Assembly: GCA_965552055.1 (NCBI GenBank)
Contig: CBEVQO010000006.1
Location: 32,001-96,000, forward strand
Source: an uncultured bacterium
GTDB lineage: Bacteria; Hydrothermota; UBA3073; NMUJ01; CBEVQO01
DNA: 64,000 bases
Direction of reading: 5' to 3'
The notes below the pieces were generated by a model that saw only the letters and a list, made by a program, of their open reading frames with translations, did no database searches and was not told the origin of the DNA. The translations under genes and the position numbers were made by a program. Position 1 is the stretch's first letter; each line of letters starts with the position of its first letter. This document shows, piece after piece, positions 47,572 through 55,139 of the stretch.

Positions 47572-48266
47572 TTTATCTTCTTTTGATAATGTTATTAAAG
47601 GTTGACTGGGGAAGAGATGAAGGAATTTTTGAAAATCCTGCAACATCAATGGAAGGTGTTCTTTTTTCCTATCAAAGATTATTTAATGTCATAGATTTAT
47701 TTCAAATAGATTATGGTGGAAAATTTGGAGATACAAAAATTGGTGCAGGAATTGAAGCTTTGACCGAAAGTCCTTATAATGAGTTAACACTTTCTTTTTC
47801 TTATGGTAGATTTATTCACGGATTATTATGGGGAGCAGGTTTTAATTATTATTTTGTTAACTGTGAAGAATATGGGACAGGTGGAGCAATAGGATTAAAT
47901 ATGGGGATAAAATATCAGAGAAGTAACTGGGATTTTCATTTTTCAATATTAAATTTCAATTCTCCCCATTTGTGGAAGTCGGAAATACCTGTAAAAATTG
48001 TTGGAAAAGCAGGTGCAAAAATTACAGACAGATTTTATTTTTCAATTTATTCTTTAAAGGAAGGTGGCTTTCCACTCGATGTCCATTATTCTGTAAATGC
48101 AAAATTATCTGAGATTATAAATTTGAGATTTCGAATTGGCACAAATCCTGTTTCTTTTGGCATTGGTTTTAATTTTCTCTATAATAAAATGTGTTTCGAT
48201 TTCTTTTTCAGGTTTAATCAATTTCTTGGATTTTCGGAAATCATAACGATTAAACATTCATTATGA
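47568..48266 (+). CDS. Putative outer membrane beta-barrel protein
   Basis: NPA motif near the N-terminus, alternating aromatic/Gly strands; translationally coupled to the HhH-barrel gene. Confidence 0.6.
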   Translation: MIYLLLIMLLKVDWGRDEGIFENPATSMEGVLFSYQRLFNVIDLFQIDYGGKFGDTKIGAGIEALTESPYNELTLSFSYGRFIHGLLWGAGFNYYFVNCEEYGTGGAIGLNMGIKYQRSNWDFHFSILNFNSPHLWKSEIPVKIVGKAGAKITDRFYFSIYSLKEGGFPLDVHYSVNAKLSEIINLRFRIGTNPVSFGIGFNFLYNKMCFDFFFRFNQFLGFSEIITIKHSL

Positions 48267-50053
48267 TTTATGTTTTTTTATTTCTTTTTGGGATTCAGGA
48301 ATTTGAAACGGAAACTCCTCTTCCCGAAGACCTTGCAGAAATTTTAGCAGAACTTAAAGAAAATCCAGTAGATATAAATAGGGCAAATGTAAAGGAGTTA
48401 CAAAAGATTCCATGGATTGATGAGAGACTTGCGAGAAACATTGTGAAATACAGGAAAAAAAGACCTTTCAAAAGGAAAGAAGATTTGCTAAAGGTAAAAG
48501 GTATGTCTATGCCGATTTTGGTTAAAATTTCTCCTTATATAAAAGTGGGTAAAATAAGCGTAATAAGGGTGAAGAAAAGGAAAAAGCCATTTTTAAAACA
48601 AAGATTCAGGATAAAAGTAAAAGATGGTGAATATAAATCTTATTATAAATTGCAGATTTTCAGGGAAAATCTAAAAGCATTTTTATTATCCGATGAAGAC
48701 CCCGAAGAAAATGGTGTTGTAAATTATCTTACTGGAAAATCAGAAAAATTTGTCCCGGATTACCTGAATTTTGGAGTGCAGATAGAAAATCTTTATAATC
48801 TTGATAAAATAATAATAGGTGCATATACTCTTTCATTTGGCGAAAGACTGGTATTGGGCTCACCTGCGATGTCTGTAAAAGGCACAGGTCTTGTTAAGTC
48901 AAAAGAAAAAGGTGCTTTGTTATATGCCCTATCAGGAGAAAATCTCGGATTGTTCGGACTATGTATGCAGGGAAATATAAAAAGAGTCCTCACATCTTAT
49001 TTATTTCTTTCACTTAATAAAATTGATGGTGAAATAGAGGATAACAAAATAGTGCCTTATTTTCTTTACGAAGCAGACCATTCCACAATTTCTGGTGAAG
49101 AAAGGAAAGATGCTTTAACAGAAGGATTAATGGGTTTTAGAGCAGAATATCGTAAAATGAATAAAAAATTTGGCTTAACTTTTTATTATTCGCAAATCGT
49201 GAAAGATACTTTTACATTGAAAAACTATCCTGTTGGTTTAGATTATCTTTTTGATTATGATGATTATAGAATTTTTGGAGAATTTGGCTATTCAAAATCT
49301 TTTGCAAATATCACTGGCTTTGAATATTCCTATAAATCTATCGCTATTCGCTTTCTTTATCGTAATATTCCATATAATTACACATCTCCACATGCATCTC
49401 CTTTTACCGATAAAAAGCCAGATAAAGAAGGGAGGATATCCGATAAAGGATTTTACATAGAAACAGAATTTAAAACAAAGAAATTCGGCATTCTTGCATA
49501 TTTTGATGTATTTTCGTATCCCCAAGCTGTTGGAAAATATTTGATGCCGATGATGGCAGGATTTGAAAGAAGAATTATAGCAAACTTTAAGCCATCAAAA
49601 GGAATAGAATTGCAGATTAATTTTAAGTTTAAACAAAAAGATAATGTTAAAGCAGAATGGAAAAGGTTCGAGTTTTCTTTTTCACCTCTCCCCCATCTTT
49701 CTTTCGATTTTAGAAGCGAAATAATGAAACAAGTTTCTGACAAAGTAGAAAAAGGAGATTTATCTTTTGTTGGTATAAGATATTCATTTGGTAAATTTTA
49801 TCTTAAATCAAGGTATATTCTTTTTGATGTTGAACCGTCTTATCCATGGAAAATTTATGAATTTGAAGATGAAATTCCCGGCAGTATGACTACAATGGGC
49901 TTGTCAGGCGAAGGTAAGCGCTTTTATTTTGTTTTTGGAATAAAAATAATGAAAAATCTCTCATTTCATTCAAAATTTGGAATAACAGAAAAATGTGGAG
50001 AACCTTTAAGCACATCTTTAAGTTTACAATTAGATAATGTATTTTATCAATGA
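48263..50053 (+). CDS. ComEA-like helix-hairpin-helix domain fused to a C-terminal beta-barrel
   Basis: PVDINRAN..EL..IPWI...LA..IV.YR...PF...EDLLKVKGM, followed by a long aromatic-rich strand region. Confidence 0.8.
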   Translation: MIYVFLFLFGIQEFETETPLPEDLAEILAELKENPVDINRANVKELQKIPWIDERLARNIVKYRKKRPFKRKEDLLKVKGMSMPILVKISPYIKVGKISVIRVKKRKKPFLKQRFRIKVKDGEYKSYYKLQIFRENLKAFLLSDEDPEENGVVNYLTGKSEKFVPDYLNFGVQIENLYNLDKIIIGAYTLSFGERLVLGSPAMSVKGTGLVKSKEKGALLYALSGENLGLFGLCMQGNIKRVLTSYLFLSLNKIDGEIEDNKIVPYFLYEADHSTISGEERKDALTEGLMGFRAEYRKMNKKFGLTFYYSQIVKDTFTLKNYPVGLDYLFDYDDYRIFGEFGYSKSFANITGFEYSYKSIAIRFLYRNIPYNYTSPHASPFTDKKPDKEGRISDKGFYIETEFKTKKFGILAYFDVFSYPQAVGKYLMPMMAGFERRIIANFKPSKGIELQINFKFKQKDNVKAEWKRFEFSFSPLPHLSFDFRSEIMKQVSDKVEKGDLSFVGIRYSFGKFYLKSRYILFDVEPSYPWKIYEFEDEIPGSMTTMGLSGEGKRFYFVFGIKIMKNLSFHSKFGITEKCGEPLSTSLSLQLDNVFYQ

Positions 50054-50054
50054 G

Positions 50055-50504
50055 ATGACAAAGAAAGGATATCTTGAAACACCTATCGGTGTGCTTGAAA
50101 TTTGTGTTAAGAATGATAAAATAAAATCAATACAATTTTGTGAGAAAAAAGGAAAAGAAGATAAAGATAAGTTAATTGAGAAGACAAAAAAAGAGTTAAA
50201 AGAATATTTTGAAGGAAAAAGAAAAGAGTTTGATTTACCCGTTGATTTTGAGCAATTTACAGAAAGTCAAAAAAAGGTTTACAAATCTTTATTACGGGTA
50301 AAATATGGTGAAGTGACTACCTATTCAACATTGGGTAAGGAATGCTTTTTGCATCCGAGGGCTGTAGGTCAAATTTTGAAAAGGAATTGTGTATTTATTC
50401 TGATACCCTGTCATAGAGTTGTTGATGTTAAAGGTAATCTGAGAGGCTTTAGTGCTGGGCTATGGCGGAAAAAGTATCTATTAGAATTGGAAAAGAAGAA
50501 GTAA
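50055..50504 (+). CDS. ogt: Methylated-DNA--protein-cysteine methyltransferase
   Basis: TPIG, RAVG, IPCHRV active site. Confidence 0.93.
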   Translation: MTKKGYLETPIGVLEICVKNDKIKSIQFCEKKGKEDKDKLIEKTKKELKEYFEGKRKEFDLPVDFEQFTESQKKVYKSLLRVKYGEVTTYSTLGKECFLHPRAVGQILKRNCVFILIPCHRVVDVKGNLRGFSAGLWRKKYLLELEKKK

Positions 50505-50746
50505 AGCATATTGCAAATCTTGCAAGAATAAAATTTACAGAAGAAGAGCTCGAAAAATTTACAGAAGAATTTAAAAAAATAGTCGAATACATGAACAAAA
50601 TAAGAGAAGTTAGCGAAGAAATCGAAATTAAATTCCCGGAGAAAGAGACGAAGTTAAGAGAAGATAAGCCCGTGAACTTCGGCAAAATAAGGTTACCCCA
50701 TCAGAAAGGTGAATTCTTTAAATCGCCAAAGATATGGGAAACTTAA
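50462..50746 (+). CDS. gatC: Asp/Glu-tRNA amidotransferase subunit C
   Basis: EEVKHIANLARI, LRED; precedes gatA. Confidence 0.85.
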   Translation: MAEKVSIRIGKEEVKHIANLARIKFTEEELEKFTEEFKKIVEYMNKIREVSEEIEIKFPEKETKLREDKPVNFGKIRLPHQKGEFFKSPKIWET

Positions 50747-52143
50747 TAGAAAAATCGATTCCCGAGCTTCATAATCTTTTAAAAGAGAAAAAAATTTCGG
50801 CAAAAGAATTAGTCAGTGAAAATTTGAGAAAAATTAGAGAGAGTGATTTAAATTGTTATATTTCTGTATTTGAAGAAGATGCTTTAAAGATAGCAGAAGA
50901 GATTGATAAAAATGGCAAATTTGAACATTTATTGACAGGGATACCTGTTGCTGTTAAAGATAACATTTGTGTCGCCGGTCATCCTACTACCTGTGCTTCA
51001 CGCATACTTGAGGATTTTGTTCCACCCTATGATGCTACGGCGGTAGAAAGGTTAAAGAAATGTGGTGCGATAATTATCGGCAAAACAAATCTTGATGAAT
51101 TCGCAATGGGTTCGTCCACTGAATATTCTGCATTTTTCAGGACATTAAATCCGAAGGACAAAGAAAGGGTACCTGGCGGTTCGAGTGGGGGTTCTGCTGC
51201 TGCTGTTGCAGGTGGGGTAGCTGTTTGTGCACTTGGTTCAGATACAGGTGGCTCTGTTCGTCAGCCTGCTTCTTTTTGCGGAATTTTGGGACTTAAGCCA
51301 ACATATGGCAGGGTGTCGAGATTTGGACTTGTAGCTTTTGCATCTTCTCTTGACCAGATTGGACCCATGGGAAGAACATGTGAGGATATTGCGATTTTAC
51401 TGAGTGTAATCTCAGGCAAAGATGTAAGAGATATGACATCCGCAGATGTGGAAGTGCCTGACTATTATAAAAATTTGAAGAAAGAAGGAAAAGGACTTAA
51501 AGCTGGCATTCCAAAAGAATATTTTGAAGGTGCCGATGAGAGAGTTTTAAAAGTGTTGGAAGAGCGGATTGAAGATTTAAAAAAGAGGGGGGTCAATGTA
51601 GTGGAAATAAGTTTAAAATATACTGAATATGCTATCCCTACTTATTATTTAATTTCATCTGCTGAAGCTTCTTCGAACCTTGCGAGATACGATGGAATAA
51701 GATATGGATTAAGGGTAGAGAAAGGAGAGCTTTTTGAGCTTTACTGTGAAACAAGGGCAAAGGGTTTTGGTAAAGAGGTCAAAAGGCGTATTATGCTGGG
51801 CACTTTTGGTTTGCAGGCAGGTTATTATGATGAATATTATTTAAAAGCGTGTAAAGTTCGTGAATTGATAAAAAGAGATTTTTTGAAAGTATTTGAAAAT
51901 GTAGATTTTATTTTAACTCCTACCTCTCCCTTCCCTGCTTTTAAATTTGGAGAGAAATTAGATGACCCGATAAAGATGTATCTGTCAGATATTTATACTG
52001 TTGGTGTAAGTTTAGCGGGTTTACCTGCTCTTTCCTGTCCTGTTGGTGATGTAAATGGTCTTCCTGTGGGCTTACAGATAATAGGCAAGCATTTTTCTGA
52101 GCAAAAAATTTTAAATTTTGCAAAATTTTTACTTGACAGATGA
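50734..52143 (+). CDS. gatA: Asp/Glu-tRNA amidotransferase subunit A
   Basis: GKTNLDEFAMGSS, PGGSSGGSA, SDTGGSVRQPA, SSNLARYDG, EVKRRIMLG. Confidence 0.96.
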   Translation: MGNLIEKSIPELHNLLKEKKISAKELVSENLRKIRESDLNCYISVFEEDALKIAEEIDKNGKFEHLLTGIPVAVKDNICVAGHPTTCASRILEDFVPPYDATAVERLKKCGAIIIGKTNLDEFAMGSSTEYSAFFRTLNPKDKERVPGGSSGGSAAAVAGGVAVCALGSDTGGSVRQPASFCGILGLKPTYGRVSRFGLVAFASSLDQIGPMGRTCEDIAILLSVISGKDVRDMTSADVEVPDYYKNLKKEGKGLKAGIPKEYFEGADERVLKVLEERIEDLKKRGVNVVEISLKYTEYAIPTYYLISSAEASSNLARYDGIRYGLRVEKGELFELYCETRAKGFGKEVKRRIMLGTFGLQAGYYDEYYLKACKVRELIKRDFLKVFENVDFILTPTSPFPAFKFGEKLDDPIKMYLSDIYTVGVSLAGLPALSCPVGDVNGLPVGLQIIGKHFSEQKILNFAKFLLDR

Positions 52144-52160
52144 GATATTTGCTATAATAT
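52133..52160 (+). promoter_or_regulatory. Sigma70-like promoter for flgM-motA-motB
   Basis: TTGACA followed by TATAAT (spacer 14) or TAATAT (spacer 16). Confidence 0.5.
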
Positions 52161-52218
52161 AAAAAGAGGGTTAAGAAATGACTCAAGGAGACGAAAATAA
52201 GAAAAAAGGAGGAGAGAG

Positions 52219-52506
52219 ATGGATGTAAGAAGGATAGAAGGCTTTGGACCGCATGAGATTTCACAGGAGCCCCAGAAGGCGAAACATTTGCGTACGGAAA
52301 AACTGAAAGATAAAGTTGAGATTTCGAAGAAAGGCAAAGAATATGGAAGAATTTTCAGAAAAGCGCTCGATGAGCTTAAAAGAATTTATCCTGTGAAGGA
52401 GAAAAAGCTGGAAGAAGTGAGGCTGAGAATCGCCGAGGGCTTTTATGATAAACCAGAAATTAAGGAAAAAGTAGCCTCTGAATTAATTTCCAGGGGCATC
52501 CTGTGA
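52219..52506 (+). CDS. flgM: FlgM-like anti-sigma-28 factor
   Basis: DKVEIS and KLEEVRLRIAEGFY...EKVA motifs; 95 aa. Confidence 0.65.
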   Translation: MDVRRIEGFGPHEISQEPQKAKHLRTEKLKDKVEISKKGKEYGRIFRKALDELKRIYPVKEKKLEEVRLRIAEGFYDKPEIKEKVASELISRGIL

Positions 52507-53357
52507 AAGAAAGAAGGAAAATCGATGTAGCAACATTATTCGGTATTATAGGAGGATTAACATTAGTATTTTTTGCGATAATAAAAAGGGGTCAGGCGAT
52601 AGGGACTGCGTTACCACGGGGGATACTCGGTGCTTTTGCTGACCCTGTTTCTGAAGTTACTTCCATTCTTATAACAGTTGGAGGCACATTTGCCGCTGTT
52701 TTTGTTAATTATCCGATTCAAACCGTTGGAAGGATGTTTAAAGTTATGGCAAGAGCTTTGTTTTCAACGGAGCAGGACCCAACTGATGTTATCGAGCAGC
52801 TCATTAAATTCTCGAGAATCGCGAGAAAAGAAGGACCTCTTGCACTTGAGAGAGAATTAAAACATGTTGAAAACAAATTTTTAAAGAGAGCGATACAACT
52901 TGTTGTTGATGGAGCTTCTTCTGATCGAATTCGTGCCGAATTGTATACTGAAATTAATTTTATGCGTGAGCGTCATAGAATAGGTCAAGAAATGTTTCAG
53001 ATGCTAGGAACTTATTGTCCTGCATTTGGCATGCTTGGCACAATAATAGGTCTTATAATGCTTTTGGGTTCTGTTCAGAATCCTTCCCAGGTGACCGCTG
53101 GTATGTCTGTTGCTCTTTTAACCACATTCTGGGGAGTTCTTATGGGTTACCTCATTTTCCTGCCGATTGCAGGTAAATTGAAGAGGCGCTCCGATGAAGA
53201 AGCTTTTATAAATCAAATAATCATTGAAGGTGTTTTATCAATACAGGCAGGAGAGAACCCTATGATAATGGAAGGCAAGCTAAAAGCTTATCTTGCTCCT
53301 CATCTGCGAGAAATACTTGCCAAGCGTAAAAGAATTAGAGTCCCTCTGGTTAAATAA
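52503..53357 (+). CDS. motA: MotA/PomA-type stator subunit
   Basis: ARKEGPLALE, F.KRA.QLVVDG, PAFGMLGTIIGL, MSVALLTT.WG, EGVLSIQAGENP. Confidence 0.92.
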   Translation: MKERRKIDVATLFGIIGGLTLVFFAIIKRGQAIGTALPRGILGAFADPVSEVTSILITVGGTFAAVFVNYPIQTVGRMFKVMARALFSTEQDPTDVIEQLIKFSRIARKEGPLALERELKHVENKFLKRAIQLVVDGASSDRIRAELYTEINFMRERHRIGQEMFQMLGTYCPAFGMLGTIIGLIMLLGSVQNPSQVTAGMSVALLTTFWGVLMGYLIFLPIAGKLKRRSDEEAFINQIIIEGVLSIQAGENPMIMEGKLKAYLAPHLREILAKRKRIRVPLVK

Positions 53358-54826
53358 TGTTATCAAGAAGGTCACCACAGCCTCCTCCTTCACTTGTAGA
53401 AGGTGAAACAATAGGAATAAGGGGTGCTCCACCCTGGCTTACGACATACGCCGATTTGATGACCCAAATTCTCATCTTCTTTGTAGCATTTTTTGCATTA
53501 ACTCCAGTAATGGAAGAGGCTCAAATTCATCAGGTTAAGAAGAAGCTTCAAAAATTTTTAACAGAAAAAGGTTATAGCGAAATGGTTGATGTAACTTTAA
53601 ATGAGAAAGGACTTGTTTTATCGTTAAAAAGCGAATACATGTTTGACCCGGGAAGTGCCGATTTGAAGCCCAGAGCAAAAAGAGTTTTATCCGACATCAT
53701 TGAGTTTCTAAAACTTGTACCCAATAAGATACGAATCGAAGGTCACACCGATAATTTACCTCTCGTGGGCAGGATAAGGGAAAAATTTCCAACAAACTGG
53801 GAGCTATCGGATGCCCGTGCTACCAATATTCTGCGTTATTTCGTTGAAGAAAAGAATTTCCCTCCTTACAGGGTATCAGGTGCAGGATTTGCCGAATGGC
53901 AACCAAAAGTTACTTTAGCAGAAGCTATAAAATGGGTTGACAGTAATATCCCAAAACTGAAGAAATATAAGTATAAATTTCTGGCGATATTAAGTAGAAC
54001 ACTGGAAGTAAAAGCCAATAACACAAAGAAACTTCTCGATAAGAAAAAAGATGAAATTTTGAAATTTCTTATTGTTCCGGAATATGGATATAACGAAGGT
54101 GGCTGGATGGAGATTCTTCGTGGCAGTCTCTACAAAGAAATAGGCAGGAAAAAAGCGGACAAACTTCTTGATAGCTTAAGGGTAATAGAATTAAAATTAC
54201 TAAACGATTTTAACAATGAAAGGTATCGTGAGCTTGTAAAAAAGATGAACTTAAATGAAGATTTAAGGAAGTTTAACCGGCGTGTTGAGATTGTGATAGA
54301 GCGATTTGGCACTCCCATTTTGCGTGGCACCCGTGCAACTCTTTTAAAAGGTATCGCTGTTTATGGAGAGAAAGTAAATGTAAATTTAGCAGGAATGGAC
54401 GAATTAAAAGACCTACCCGGATTTAATGAGAAGATCGCAAGTGAAATCATAAATTACAGGGATGGTGAAAATCATCTATTTAAATCACCCGAAGATATTG
54501 CTAAAGCAATAAAAGAGAGCGCGTTACGGGACTCGGTGGAGAAGCTATGTAAAACTGTATTAGCACCGATACTCACAACTAAACTCAATCTTAATGAAGC
54601 AAAGGAAGAAGATATAAGTCATCTTATATTTAAAGCAAAAGAAGCAAAAGTTATCACGGGATATGGGACAATAGAAAGTAGATTGTCTGAAACTATTGTA
54701 GCACTAAGAAAAGAAGTAGGTGGATTTGAGGATTTAAAGCAAATTGAGAATTTGTTAAAGGAAAGGGGTGAAAAGGAGTTAGCAAAAGCATTCAATGACC
54801 TTCGTCCCTATTTTTGTGTTGAATAA
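53357..54826 (+). CDS. motB: MotB-type stator subunit with OmpA-like domain, large insertion and two C-terminal HhH (ComEA-like) repeats
   Basis: WLTTYADLMT TM motif, IEGHTDN, NWELS.ARA, NRRVEI; C-terminal KVNVNLA..DEL..LPG and KLNLNEA...GGF...LRPYFCV. Confidence 0.85.
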   Translation: MLSRRSPQPPPSLVEGETIGIRGAPPWLTTYADLMTQILIFFVAFFALTPVMEEAQIHQVKKKLQKFLTEKGYSEMVDVTLNEKGLVLSLKSEYMFDPGSADLKPRAKRVLSDIIEFLKLVPNKIRIEGHTDNLPLVGRIREKFPTNWELSDARATNILRYFVEEKNFPPYRVSGAGFAEWQPKVTLAEAIKWVDSNIPKLKKYKYKFLAILSRTLEVKANNTKKLLDKKKDEILKFLIVPEYGYNEGGWMEILRGSLYKEIGRKKADKLLDSLRVIELKLLNDFNNERYRELVKKMNLNEDLRKFNRRVEIVIERFGTPILRGTRATLLKGIAVYGEKVNVNLAGMDELKDLPGFNEKIASEIINYRDGENHLFKSPEDIAKAIKESALRDSVEKLCKTVLAPILTTKLNLNEAKEEDISHLIFKAKEAKVITGYGTIESRLSETIVALRKEVGGFEDLKQIENLLKERGEKELAKAFNDLRPYFCVE

Positions 54827-55139
54827 ATTTTTTACCCTTTAGGTTCATCAATTTTTGGGCAATTTCTCTCACATATTTATTGGTTGAATACTTCAATCTG
54901 AATAAAATTTCGTCTTCCGGTAATTCGAGTGTTCTCTTATCGATATTGAATTTTTTAATTTCGAGTGCTGTCTGATATGCTTCTACGAGTTTCTGAAAAT
55001 CTTCCTCTGCTGTTGGTGATTTATTGTGGTCTGGATGACATTTCAAAGCTTTCTTTTTGAATGCTATTTTAATCTCTTCAATTGAAGCTGATTCACTTAT
55101 TCCCAGTATTTTGAATGGGTTTTGCATTTTCTTTTCCAT
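54792..55139 (-). CDS. J-domain protein
   Basis: NPFKILGI, IKIAFKKKALKCHPD, EAYQ. Confidence 0.9.
   Translation of the reverse strand: MEKKMQNPFKILGISESASIEEIKIAFKKKALKCHPDHNKSPTAEEDFQKLVEAYQTALEIKKFNIDKRTLELPEDEILFRLKYSTNKYVREIAQKLMNLKGKKFIQHKNRDEGH

Noticed and set aside
52178..52228. 16-aa upstream ORF (MTQGDENKKKGGERWM) overlapping the flgM start
   Set aside because: Explained by the purine-rich leader and SD; no independent support.
52503..54826. Zorya (ZorAB) anti-phage system
   Set aside because: MotA lacks the long ZorA cytoplasmic tail, keeps flagellar-type ARKEG..ALE motifs, and no zorC/D/E is adjacent.
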